Origin: Candidatus Micrarchaeota archaeon
GTDB lineage: Archaea; Micrarchaeota; Micrarchaeia; Norongarragalinales; UBA97
Reading direction: 5' to 3'
Assembly: GCA_016194335.1 (NCBI GenBank)
Contig: JACQBR010000001.1
Span: 19,460 to 83,459 of the forward strand
DNA length: 64,000 bases
The notes below the pieces were generated by a model. That model worked only from the letters and a program-made list of their open reading frames with translations. It had not been told where the DNA came from and did no database searches. This document shows positions 20,401 to 29,384 of the stretch, one piece after another. Positions within the stretch are counted from its first letter, which is position 1, and each line of letters starts with the position of its first letter. Position numbers and translations under genes: made by a program.

Positions 20401-22811
20401 ACAAGATTCTCTCCTATCAGAACATCCCCCAAAAGAGCGCGAAGGCCAACGTGCTGCAGTCCATCCAGAAGAAGGTATCCGACCCTCTCGGCGTTCCGCA
20501 AATCACAAAGAGCCTCAACATCGGCGAGGCGTTCAAGGGCATCGGGGCGCAGGTGAGGGCAAAGGACCTCAAGGAAATCCTCAATGTCAAGGTGCTCCTG
20601 CAAAACCAGAACGGCCTCCTGCGGCCGTCGGAGCTTTACTACCTCCACCTCGACCCGGAGGGTGCTGACATGCAGTGGTGGGGCGTGTTTGAAAACCAGT
20701 GCTTCCGGCGCTGCCAGGTGCAGGCGGACGGCACGTTCATCTGCGCGGACAACACCGGGGTGTACCGCGAGAAGGACGGCAAGCGCGAATACCTCACCGA
20801 CAGCGACCACGCCCTGTTTTCGCAGCTGATTCCGGGATTGGGCCAGGTCATTCCCAACAAGATCATTTCAACGCCGCTTTCCTGCGGGGCCAAGCCCGTC
20901 TTTGCCGCAAGCGGGGACGGCAAGTTCAAAATCATTCCCGGAGGGTGCACCGCAACCGAGTGCGCCATCAGGGCGCTTTCAATCGTGAGCGGGCAGAACG
21001 TTGGGAATGATTTGGACAAGGTGCTCGGCCCCACGCAGGCCATCCACACCACGCAGGGCACTGCGGTGATTGCAGACGGGGGCATTCGGTTCTTCAGGAC
21101 AACGGGCGTGAAGGTGAGCGAGCGCAACACCGTTCTGGGCTATATCCCGACAATAGGCTCCAAAGACGCTATTAACGGAGAGCAGCAGAAGGCGAACGCA
21201 AGCGGCTTTTACCAACAGCAGCAGAGCCTCGCGGGGAGGGAATACCGGTTTTCAACACTTGAGTTTCTCGGCGACGGAACGGTTCGCGTGGCGGGCAGCG
21301 ACAAGCCCGAAGAGCAGTTCGGCGAGCTTCTCACCGTCCAGTCGCAAAATGCCGTGATGCACTTCGACCGCGCCACCCGCAGGCTCGTGATCGGGCTGCA
21401 GCTTTTTGCCGACCCCGTGGCGGCGCACGACATTACCGGCATCGCCACTTCCGCCGCGACGGTCACGGGAGGAAAGTCCGACCTCCTCGCGCTCGAGCGC
21501 CAGCTTGCCGACCTCAATTCCAAACTCGCGTCGGGACAGCAGCTGAATGCCCAGCAGCTTGAACTTCTCCGCAAATCAATTGAGAAAAACTCCGCCCCGG
21601 CGCAGGCGGGCTTCACGCAGGCTGAAAGGGATTTGCTCAAGCAGGCGCTTGCCGACAAGAACGCGGGCAAGCCGCTTTCGCAAGCGGAGGCGGACATCGT
21701 CACCAAATCACAGCAACAGCAGCCCTACCCCGGCGTGATCATCGTGTCCCTGCCTTCTGCCGAAAAGATTGACAAGGCCGCTTCCGACGCAGGAGTGGGC
21801 GATTCCGTCAAGGGAGCGACGAACAAAATGCGCGACAGCCTGCCCGTCAGCGTTGATGACAAGAACGCCGTGAACGCCGCGCTGGACAAGGCGGTTGCGG
21901 CGAACAAACTTACGGCAGCAGACGCCGCCCAGCTTAAGACTCAAGTGCAGCAGGCAGTCCCTCCCGCGGAAAAGGCGCGGGAAATCACCGCCGCAATCGC
22001 ATCGGGCGCCGACCTCACTCCCGAGCGGAAGCTGCTTGCGCAGCAGGCGGTTGCGCAGGAGAAGGCGTCGGTGGGCCAGCAGGCCGCCACCGCCACTGGC
22101 GGCCAGATTCCCGCAATCCAGTTGGGCGGCGTGACGAGCAAGGTCGGCGCGGAGCAGAGTGCACAGGGCCTCAACCGCGCTCTTGAGAAACTCGGCGGGC
22201 TTACTCAATTCGATTCCGAAAACAGGCGCGTTGTGATTGTTGACGACGGAAAGGGCGGCGCGGTGGTGCGGGTGACGGACAAGACCGGTGCAACGTCCGC
22301 GCAGGAACTCAAGGTCACGGGCGCGCCCACAAAAGACGCCAACGGCGCGGTTTCGATTCCCACGGACAAGGGGCCGGTGAGCATTGCGGTGAACGTCAAT
22401 CCTTCAACGGGCCAGCCTGTGTTCAACCTCAACGGCCCCGGCGGCATCAGCGCACCCGCCACGCCACTCATCTTCGCGCAGGGGCCGAATGGCTACCTGT
22501 GGTTCGACCCCAAGACGGGCACTTGGCGCACGGGCAACGGCATGGTAATTCCCGACGACCCGAATTTCGGCAAGAACGGCATCAGCTTTTACGGCGGCCA
22601 GGACGGCACGACGGGGCTTGCGGACCAGAACCGGTTTGCCAACCCGCGCCAGCAGCAAATCAGCCCCTACGCCAGCAACAACCCCCTCCTCTCACTGCCA
22701 AGCGTGCCGGATTACGGGAGGGAGCCGCTTGCTGCAATGGCGATGCTCATCGCGCTGCTGTTGGGAGTGGCGTTCGTGCGCTCAAGGGAAGTTTCACCAA
22801 AAGGTATTTAG
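17496..22811 (+). CDS. giant (~1770 aa) secreted surface protein with N-terminal signal peptide and C-terminal transmembrane anchor
   Basis: Signal peptide MRPAHFTVFVFILLAAEIVSPFAFAQQ; S/A/Q-rich and helical repeat regions; Cys-containing segments; C-terminus ..EPLAAMAMLIALLLGVAFVRSRE hydrophobic anchor + basic tail. Confidence 0.7.
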   Translation: MRPAHFTVFVFILLAAEIVSPFAFAQQSPSPTESSRSIPIASSFPASPPQDAQGASPFTGLQVAGQAGGSSGLTSSGAASSGVPSTSSSSAPASAIPPSTAPVQVGACVISELTPQQSLNFLNAVSGFTGKEVTDRSDASLRKNATTSPTQIVNVYNFPVEDSASFMKLGQLAQITGRGAKELADELGVDDDKDADGKVTTPAADKEVTVAQASALVQKDPKLSGLLGQIRAAAQTKKNVATGPGFEDLKVTLPNGKEVQLSEMFKLQKLRASPGQKNSCLVDNADIRGKLTYNALLDKSLIMGALKSNLSSDEYDNSNTDHLGTDYIRAGINSYDGNIVIPHEYERAVMEMGSWVGWDIILSSALAIGSFYDVKFAEKNLANTEKQIEASKETADTFRYILSQQGSRTPTGDAIGQRIRQAYGRAGIGNLARMTEGEVTEIKAPIKAFLEDKLATGAGKTELATLFESKGWDKSKIEAVTAGSASPSEIEELSKEVSGNIAGQKDIASQVSSIYDFVPKKSAVEGLTKQVSNIDESLVELGSSTVNKLSLENKLKASGMEEQVKSVFGKPTISDAITEALSAPAETGKLEKLLKDGRLETQNRISFLDQYGISSGEEAIQSKLGKQAGLEDAQARLQSEQAIAEKAFSLGKRRAWTNIVMGTLWLGPGRLGLELAGVITLSSVGKPSERTGDYLKIFANSKPAEAFRKGTDVLLIGHFLETISNFLPITAPSKVYQMDDVVFTQVPGDTGKETQAFTSIRQVQGDWNVNTNWPGDSTSTAFEDVRDGKAVTTMAVATNNLAIGGTFKRKAEGTEYYKSLLYIAPLLGWRLLGDKTAEIRGLQTILQIEGLQYYIEKIVDPSAFSGKDACSDEQLDSYVNGFKAATTATIAEQVIFFSPFSPEFAPVVTLLKTIGPINAVSKSWPGLALSKAGTIYSRVGPFVDPFEAWKQTAQSRVYNYALNCKDSAYKILSYQNIPQKSAKANVLQSIQKKVSDPLGVPQITKSLNIGEAFKGIGAQVRAKDLKEILNVKVLLQNQNGLLRPSELYYLHLDPEGADMQWWGVFENQCFRRCQVQADGTFICADNTGVYREKDGKREYLTDSDHALFSQLIPGLGQVIPNKIISTPLSCGAKPVFAASGDGKFKIIPGGCTATECAIRALSIVSGQNVGNDLDKVLGPTQAIHTTQGTAVIADGGIRFFRTTGVKVSERNTVLGYIPTIGSKDAINGEQQKANASGFYQQQQSLAGREYRFSTLEFLGDGTVRVAGSDKPEEQFGELLTVQSQNAVMHFDRATRRLVIGLQLFADPVAAHDITGIATSAATVTGGKSDLLALERQLADLNSKLASGQQLNAQQLELLRKSIEKNSAPAQAGFTQAERDLLKQALADKNAGKPLSQAEADIVTKSQQQQPYPGVIIVSLPSAEKIDKAASDAGVGDSVKGATNKMRDSLPVSVDDKNAVNAALDKAVAANKLTAADAAQLKTQVQQAVPPAEKAREITAAIASGADLTPERKLLAQQAVAQEKASVGQQAATATGGQIPAIQLGGVTSKVGAEQSAQGLNRALEKLGGLTQFDSENRRVVIVDDGKGGAVVRVTDKTGATSAQELKVTGAPTKDANGAVSIPTDKGPVSIAVNVNPSTGQPVFNLNGPGGISAPATPLIFAQGPNGYLWFDPKTGTWRTGNGMVIPDDPNFGKNGISFYGGQDGTTGLADQNRFANPRQQQISPYASNNPLLSLPSVPDYGREPLAAMAMLIALLLGVAFVRSREVSPKGI

Positions 22812-22871
22812 CCCACTCCGGACTGAATTTGTTCTAATCGCTACCCGCCCCTTTAGGAGATTGCAAAACAA

Positions 22872-25145
22872 ATGGCCGAAGGAACTTTTTCCCGCATGAA
22901 AAGCTGGTGGAAGGGCATCATCCTGGGCAATGTCGTCACCTCAAACTGGCGGCGCTATGTAGCCGACCCTTGGCGACGGGGGTTGTGGTATCTTGGTGCG
23001 ACGAGGCTGGGCACGACGGGCAAGTGGGACGCGGGCGAGATGGTGATGCGAGGCGGCATGTGGTACCGTTTTCACTACAACCAGGCGGCAGCTTTCCATG
23101 CGTACAGACAAGTGGGCGAAGGCGGGAGTGCGATGGGGATTAATATGTCCTTCCCCACGGCTGGCAATCCCAACAGCAACCTGGTGATGGTCCCCGCCCA
23201 GAGGCCGCATTTCCTGGCGTGGATGTGGATGGCGATGTTCAACCGTAATGCACTCCAGCCAATTGGCATCCAGGCGCCCAACTGGACGCCCGGGGACATC
23301 ATGCGCTATTTCCGCGAATGGCGCTACTACGGTTACACGCCCGCTGCGGACATTCCCAACGAATTGCGTGGGCTTTACCTTGACGGCGTGGGGCTCAGCT
23401 ACGGAAAGACAAAGGAGGAGGCCGCCGGGGATTTGGGCAAGTGGCTCACCGACCCGGCCGGCCAGACCGTTTCACTCCAGTTCCTCAAGGAAATCTTCGT
23501 AAAGCGGTTCAGGGCCAACGGCGTTTTCGCAATCACTTCCGACATCCTCGCGGACGCCCTGAGCAAGCACACGATTTACGACGACGACGTTGTAGGCGGG
23601 GGCTACACGGAGGACGGTTCGTATGTGGAGCCGCCGGTAAAGTCGCGTTTCGTTCCGGGAAGTGGATTTGCCGGCTACCCGCAGGGAGAGCCGGTTTCCC
23701 GCTCCCAGCAAGAATTGAGGGACGAGTTCAACCGCGTGAGGACCCGTTGCGATGAAATCACCAAGCAAATGGCAAAGATGGGCAAGGACTTTGAAAACAA
23801 CCGCGCGGCCCTGGAAAAGCTCGACGATAAGGAAAGACTGATTGATGAAGAGGAGGAGTTCAAAAAGAAGACTTTGGAACTTGCCCGCGAGAAGGCGGAC
23901 TTGGTGCGGGGTTTCAAGGAAAAGCGCGACGCGGCCTGTGCCACGTCCCGCGCAAGGCTATACCAGCTGGACGAGCTTTCCCCCGAGCAGGTAATCAAGC
24001 TTTACAACTATTTTCTCGAGAACACCATGCTTGACGCGCGCCGGGAGCTGAACAAGGAAGAGGAGTACAACGATTATCTCTTCCAGAAATACCTTGGGGG
24101 AAAGAAGATTGGTGACGTTTACGAGTTTGCAGTCCACGGCCTCACTGGCGCGGCCACGCTCGAATCCCACAATCTCCCCCTCGGGAAATGGCGGGGGATG
24201 CGCAACCTCATGCGCAACAGCATGGGAATCGTCGGGTTCGGCTGGCAGAACCTTCCCGCCGAGGTGGGCGGGAATGCGAAAATCGAATTTGCCATGGGCC
24301 GGGACTTCTGGCCCACTCTCACGCCGGTTTACATGAGCAAGGCGCGGCGCTTTCTCGCAACGCTTAACGAGAAGGACGGCCGCATAACCGACTGGGCCAT
24401 CAAGTCAGGCTGGGACGTGGCGAGCGTGCTGGAGTGGTACCGCCAGTCGATAAAGGGCAACGGCTACCGCTGGCTGCGCAAGGGGATTCTCGACGACTAC
24501 CAGGACATTGCGGCGAAGTTTGCCGACATCATGGGCGTGCCCGACATGGTCACCGACATCCAGCTTAACCTGCACACCTACTCAAACCACGATTCAGGAG
24601 AGGAGTGGGACGCCATGCGCCGCTCGCTTGCCGCATTCAAGGGGGACTTGGAGCTTACCCTGCCTCAATACGTGATTGAGGGATATCCCGGTGGCGGGTC
24701 GAGATACATCGCAAAGCGCCTAACCAAGCGGTTCAACCTCATGCAGAGCGCCGTTGCAATGCTGGCGCAGATGCAGAAGTCGGCAGATCAGGAGAAAAAG
24801 TTCGACGCGATGAAGTTGCTTATGACGCAGGACTTGCAGGCAACAAAAAGGGAGGACCTCGACATGATTGAGCGGGAGGCCGCGGCGCGGGGCGGTAGCA
24901 CGCGGGAAAGGAACAAGTTCAAAGCGCATTTGGAGGCAATGTATAGCCGGCACTGGCTTTCAAAGGATGAAACTGGAGTGAATCCGGAAGATCAGGCATC
25001 CCAGATGATAGCGCTTGTGGAGCGGTACCGCGACCTTTGGAAGCTCTTCGCACTTCCCGCCCTTCACGCCGACTTCCTCACTCCCGGAGGGGAGATTCCC
25101 TACGCGACTGCCGCAAAGCGCGGCCAGCCCATGCCCCACAATTGA
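22872..25145 (+). CDS. hypothetical protein (757 aa), Trp/aromatic-rich N-domain and central coiled coil
   Basis: Long ORF 60 nt after giant gene; no recognisable catalytic motifs; heptad-like charged stretch (residues ~270-400). Confidence 0.55.
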   Translation: MAEGTFSRMKSWWKGIILGNVVTSNWRRYVADPWRRGLWYLGATRLGTTGKWDAGEMVMRGGMWYRFHYNQAAAFHAYRQVGEGGSAMGINMSFPTAGNPNSNLVMVPAQRPHFLAWMWMAMFNRNALQPIGIQAPNWTPGDIMRYFREWRYYGYTPAADIPNELRGLYLDGVGLSYGKTKEEAAGDLGKWLTDPAGQTVSLQFLKEIFVKRFRANGVFAITSDILADALSKHTIYDDDVVGGGYTEDGSYVEPPVKSRFVPGSGFAGYPQGEPVSRSQQELRDEFNRVRTRCDEITKQMAKMGKDFENNRAALEKLDDKERLIDEEEEFKKKTLELAREKADLVRGFKEKRDAACATSRARLYQLDELSPEQVIKLYNYFLENTMLDARRELNKEEEYNDYLFQKYLGGKKIGDVYEFAVHGLTGAATLESHNLPLGKWRGMRNLMRNSMGIVGFGWQNLPAEVGGNAKIEFAMGRDFWPTLTPVYMSKARRFLATLNEKDGRITDWAIKSGWDVASVLEWYRQSIKGNGYRWLRKGILDDYQDIAAKFADIMGVPDMVTDIQLNLHTYSNHDSGEEWDAMRRSLAAFKGDLELTLPQYVIEGYPGGGSRYIAKRLTKRFNLMQSAVAMLAQMQKSADQEKKFDAMKLLMTQDLQATKREDLDMIEREAAARGGSTRERNKFKAHLEAMYSRHWLSKDETGVNPEDQASQMIALVERYRDLWKLFALPALHADFLTPGGEIPYATAAKRGQPMPHN

Positions 25146-25148
25146 AAC

Positions 25149-25991
25149 TTGGTGAGATGTGTCAAGATGGTTTTGGACATTGCGGCGATGTTGGGCCCCG
25201 AAATTAGCGGAGCGGTTACCGGATTCCTCAACGGGTGGGCTGGAAACATCAGGAAGGATGTGGAGCAGCGGCTCGACGAGGTCGGCGCCAAGGTCGCCCC
25301 CCAGATAATCCAGCACGAGATTGAGGAGGAGAAGGCCAAATACGTGCCGTTGTTGAAGACCGTGACCGTATTTGAAAAACTCAACCGCCACTGGCTTCTG
25401 CGTTCCGTGGGGTTTGACCGTCCGGTTGACAATTTCGCAAGGGCATTGGCGGCAAAGGCGGTGGAGAAGGCCAGTGCGAAAAGAGCGATGTCGCCAGGCG
25501 TTGAAAGAAGGCAGCGGGATGCCTATCGGACTTATTTCAGGAACTACCTCCATAAGGTGATGATGGGCTACGACGAGCCCCACCAGAGCCCCAAGGAATA
25601 CCTCATTGAGCAGTGGGGGGACATCGACCCGCAATGGAGGCTCTTTACCAAAAAGGAATTCGGGGAAATCCTGCTTGACGACGATTTTGAGAAGGTGAGG
25701 GCCCCTTATCTCACCATCCTCTCCAAAGGGCCGGGTTATTTCCAGTTCAGCAGGCGCCTCGATGATGCCGAAGGGGCCATTCGCGGCTCGCCGCTTCCTG
25801 CAGCCGCTAAAAGGGAATTGCGCTGGGTGGGCGGAAGCATAAGCAATGCAACGCTGAGGCTTTCGGGACATCCCGGCCACGGGTTCCGCTTCGGCGACCA
25901 AGTCAGACAGGAAATCCTCAATCACCAGCACGAGCATGCCGACGCGATAGTGACGCGAATCCTAAGGCGCGCAGGCTCCGTGCACCACTAG
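25149..25991 (+). CDS. hypothetical protein (280 aa)
   Basis: Starts 4 nt after previous gene (operon-like); no motif recognised. Confidence 0.5.
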   Translation: MVRCVKMVLDIAAMLGPEISGAVTGFLNGWAGNIRKDVEQRLDEVGAKVAPQIIQHEIEEEKAKYVPLLKTVTVFEKLNRHWLLRSVGFDRPVDNFARALAAKAVEKASAKRAMSPGVERRQRDAYRTYFRNYLHKVMMGYDEPHQSPKEYLIEQWGDIDPQWRLFTKKEFGEILLDDDFEKVRAPYLTILSKGPGYFQFSRRLDDAEGAIRGSPLPAAAKRELRWVGGSISNATLRLSGHPGHGFRFGDQVRQEILNHQHEHADAIVTRILRRAGSVHH

Positions 25992-26692
25992 TTTTTAGAG
26001 TAATCGGCTTTGGGTTGCACGGTCGTCCACATGGCGTTTGGCTTCCCGTGCCCAAGAATGCCAAGCTTGGCAATTTCCCTCTGGAGGTTGCGCACCATCT
26101 GCGCCCCGCCATTTCCTTCAAAAAGTGGAAGGTCGCTTCCCATCGGATAAGTAATGCCAATTGTCCGGTCCTGCGCCGTGATTGTGGGGCGGAATTCGGG
26201 GTCGTACTCGACCGGAATGAGAAGCTCCGTGCGGACAACGTCGGGATTGATTTCAACCGGCCGGGGGCCAAGCCCAATGAGCCTGCCCAAACTGAATTTC
26301 TTTTGGCTTTCTTGGATAATCGGCTTGTGGGCGCGAGAGATGGCTGCGGCAATCATGTCCAGGGCCTTATTCGCTTTCATGAGCTCTTTGGGGTCGCCGG
26401 CATTGTGGGGATTGCCGTAAATCATTTTCGTGGGAAAGCGCAGGCCCACGCGGTTGCCATAACGCGAAATCTCCACGAAGCTGCCAGGGGAAACTTCCAG
26501 GCGGTGGGTTTCCTCGGGGGCTTCTCCCCTGTTGGCGGGGGAGTAAAGCTCTTCCTTCAGGTTTGCGGGCTTTACGGGTTCTATCCTTGTGCGGGTGGTT
26601 TTGAGGTTCATACGATTAAGAGCTTCTGCACGCACGCTCTTAAAGTTTTCTAGAGGAGGCGGGCCAGTCTGGGGCGTTGGCGCCATCCGCAA
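25988..26692 (-). CDS. hypothetical protein (234 aa)
   Basis: Convergent ORF overlapping previous stop by 4 nt; no motif recognised. Confidence 0.45.
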   Translation of the reverse strand: MRMAPTPQTGPPPLENFKSVRAEALNRMNLKTTRTRIEPVKPANLKEELYSPANRGEAPEETHRLEVSPGSFVEISRYGNRVGLRFPTKMIYGNPHNAGDPKELMKANKALDMIAAAISRAHKPIIQESQKKFSLGRLIGLGPRPVEINPDVVRTELLIPVEYDPEFRPTITAQDRTIGITYPMGSDLPLFEGNGGAQMVRNLQREIAKLGILGHGKPNAMWTTVQPKADYSKN

Positions 26693-26729
26693 AACTTAAT
26701 ATACGCACGCCGCAACTAATTGCAAGAAC

Positions 26730-27212
26730 GTGATTGTGATGAATCTGAAGCCCCGGCGCGAGGAGGCATTGTGGACAGACGAGTTCGACCTCAGGTACTC
26801 CGCGCCCGTGAAGAGGGCAGTCCTCAAGGCCCATCAAGGAATTGTCGGTCCGCCTTCCCCTCCGGATGATTTGAAGGCTCTTGCGCACAGGATGATTGAC
26901 GAAGGGGTTTCCCTCGGGTATTACCGCTCGGACGCACCCGCGGACGAGCACATCGAAAGGCGGAAAGCGCAGGACAGGCGGAAGACCGTAATTCCCGCTC
27001 CCGTTCCCGGCGACCGGAGGGTGGGTGACCAGCGCTCGGCCGTTCCCCCCTCCATTCCCGAAGCTGACCTTCTCAAGGCCGCCGCTGCGTTGCGCATCAA
27101 CGAGATTCTGGCAGGTACGGCCAATCACGGGAAAAGGGAGAAGGAAATGCTTGAGCATTTCCTGCAATACTACAAACGCGCGTACGACCTCGGGAAGGAA
27201 AACGCGCCTTAG
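26730..27212 (+). CDS. hypothetical protein (160 aa)
   Basis: ORF with charged, R/D-rich composition; no motif. Confidence 0.45.
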   Translation: MIVMNLKPRREEALWTDEFDLRYSAPVKRAVLKAHQGIVGPPSPPDDLKALAHRMIDEGVSLGYYRSDAPADEHIERRKAQDRRKTVIPAPVPGDRRVGDQRSAVPPSIPEADLLKAAAALRINEILAGTANHGKREKEMLEHFLQYYKRAYDLGKENAP

Positions 27213-27224
27213 GAGGTAATCTTT

Positions 27225-28007
27225 TTGTACGGTCATCCAACTGAGCAGATGGAAGGCGCTGAGAAGCAGGTGAAGGCCCATCCGGGCTTTAGGCTGCCTT
27301 GGTATGTAAGGTTTGCCCACGCCGTGGGGCTTCGCGGGTGGGCGGAACGGAAGGCGGAGAAGCATTTTCAGAACTATTCCAAGCTCATCGCATACAAAGT
27401 TTCCCAATTCAGCCAAGCCCTCGATAAAATTGGCAAGGTGGAAGAGCTGCACAATTCCTATTCAGCAACCAAGACCGAGCTTGAAAAGGAAGCGGAAGGG
27501 TTCAGCGCCAAAACCAGAGATTCGGCGCTAACTTACGACGAACTTGAGGAAATGCACCACCGGGCCGCGGAAAAGTTTGGAGTTCTGCAGAAAAACGCCC
27601 AGAAACTCGTACAGCTTGGCAATACCCTCTCCTCGGTGAAGGTCTACCTTCAAGAAGAGCACGAGCGGATTAACTCGCTTCATTTAATCGCGAGCAATTA
27701 CGCCCTCTCCCAAATGGAAGCATCCAACAAGCTCCGCGCGCAGGTTGAGGAGTTGGACGGAATGACCGCGGACTTCGAGGCCAAGGAAATCTCCCAATCG
27801 GCCCTTGAGGAAGAGCTAAGCGAACTTTCAAAAAAGGTGGAGCGGATGAAAGACCTTCTGAAAAGGCGGGAGCCGGCATCCCCAACTGGCGCGACCAGTC
27901 CGGTTTCGGCCTCGCCTTCCGGCTCTTCAGGAAGGGGTGGCGCCACCCGGGAAAAAGACGCGGACCTGCGGGACCGGTACGGCCGCTTCGAACATCTGGA
28001 ACTTTAG
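27225..28007 (+). CDS. coiled-coil hypothetical protein (260 aa)
   Basis: Heptad-rich E/K/L sequence, S/G/P-rich tail; follows previous gene by 12 nt. Confidence 0.5.
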   Translation: MYGHPTEQMEGAEKQVKAHPGFRLPWYVRFAHAVGLRGWAERKAEKHFQNYSKLIAYKVSQFSQALDKIGKVEELHNSYSATKTELEKEAEGFSAKTRDSALTYDELEEMHHRAAEKFGVLQKNAQKLVQLGNTLSSVKVYLQEEHERINSLHLIASNYALSQMEASNKLRAQVEELDGMTADFEAKEISQSALEEELSELSKKVERMKDLLKRREPASPTGATSPVSASPSGSSGRGGATREKDADLRDRYGRFEHLEL

Positions 28008-28325
28008 CCTTCCGCCTTAGTTTTGTTGTCCCTTATCTTCTCAATGGGCGAAGCCTCTGCATTTGCACGGGAGCGGCTTGGGCAATGTGAAATCTTTTGA
28101 GGGTTCCCATTGCACTATGCACTTCGGGGGGCATTCTTCCTCCCTCTTGCGCCAACCCCGCATCAAAAGTTTCCACGTGCCCCAAGTGCTCTCTAAATGT
28201 CGCGTAGCAGTTCGCCTATCTTTTATGGCAGCCCCTTGCAAGCCTTATGATTGCCAAATCTGAAGTTCCTCTTGTACCGGCCATTCAAATCACCGCAGTA
28301 ATTTTTGGGGGCTTTGAAAAAACAG

Positions 28326-28397
28326 AGCCTCGGACGAGAATCGGACTCGCAACCTCCTGCTTACCATGCAGGCGCTCTGCCACTGAGCTACCGAGGC
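28326..28397 (-). tRNA. tRNA-Thr (anticodon GGU)
   Basis: Reverse complement GCCUCGG-UA-GCUCAGUGGCAGAGC-G-CCUGC-AUGGUAA-GCAGG-AGGUU-GCGAG-UCCGAUU-CUCGU-CCGAGGC-U folds as cloverleaf; T-loop has unusual U54-C55. Confidence 0.65.
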
Positions 28398-28510
28398 GTA
28401 GGAAGAACTTGCCAGCAAAGACTTTGATAGTTGAGCCTCGCCGTTGGTTCCTTATTTATCCTTAGCTCCCAATATTCTTTTATAATCAGTTTGCACGGCT
28501 AAAGCTGGTC

Positions 28511-29311
28511 TTGGTTGTCATTATGGAACCGCAATTAGAGCAAATCAAGACTGAGATAGTGACTTTCATCTCCAGTACCGTGGGGGATGCCGGTGCAAAT
28601 GGGGTTGTGGTGGGCCTCAGCGGGGGCATTGATTCCTCCTTAGTCGCCACTTTGTGCGTGCGGGCGCTGGGGAAGGAAAAGGTGCTGGGACTCATCATGC
28701 CAGAGGAGCACCAAAAGGACGGCGGGCACACTATGAACGCAGTCGCGCTTGCCGAAAAGCTCGGGATTGAGCACAAGCTCATCGTCATTTCCCCAATGGT
28801 GGCCGAGTTAGAAAAGCATCTTCCCAAAAATGCCGGCGAACTTTCCAAAGCCAACATCCGGCCTCGCGTGAGGATGGCCCTCCTTTACGAACATTCAAAC
28901 GCCCTTAACCTCCTCGTTGCAGGGACGGGGAACAAGAGCGAAGAAACGATTGGGTATTTCACAAAGTGGGGCGACGGGGGAGTTGATTTTCTCCCAATTG
29001 GGAATTTGTACAAGACTCACGTGCGCGCGTTGGCAAGGCAGGTGGGCGTGCCGCAGGGAATAATCGACGCCCCGCCCACCGCAGGCTTGTGGCATGGCCA
29101 GACGGACGAGGGCGAAATGGGCGTGAGCTACGAGAAGCTCGACAGGATTCTCTACTGCCTCGTTGAGCTGAAGCTTACGGAAAAAGGGGCGGCCGAAAAA
29201 TCGGGCGAGGAGTTTGAGACGGTGCGCAAGGTTGCGGGCATGATGCGCAAGGCGGGGCATAAATTGCGCGTGCCGCCCGTTTGCAAGGTCCGGGCCCCTC
29301 GGCTTTTGTAA
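28511..29311 (+). CDS. nadE: NH3-dependent NAD+ synthetase
   Basis: PP-loop SGGIDSS motif, NadE-like length (266 aa). Confidence 0.85.
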   Translation: MVVIMEPQLEQIKTEIVTFISSTVGDAGANGVVVGLSGGIDSSLVATLCVRALGKEKVLGLIMPEEHQKDGGHTMNAVALAEKLGIEHKLIVISPMVAELEKHLPKNAGELSKANIRPRVRMALLYEHSNALNLLVAGTGNKSEETIGYFTKWGDGGVDFLPIGNLYKTHVRALARQVGVPQGIIDAPPTAGLWHGQTDEGEMGVSYEKLDRILYCLVELKLTEKGAAEKSGEEFETVRKVAGMMRKAGHKLRVPPVCKVRAPRLL

Positions 29312-29384
29312 TCTTGCGCCATTTTCCGCCTTGGCGAAAGGCTAAAATAGCACCTCTTGTCTATGAAAGTATAGGTTTCATAAA

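Noticed and set aside
17436-28397. The accessory block considered as an integrated provirus or mobile element
   Set aside because: No integrase, transposase, terminase, portal, capsid-like signature or att repeat could be recognised. It is kept only as a candidate accessory island in the findings.
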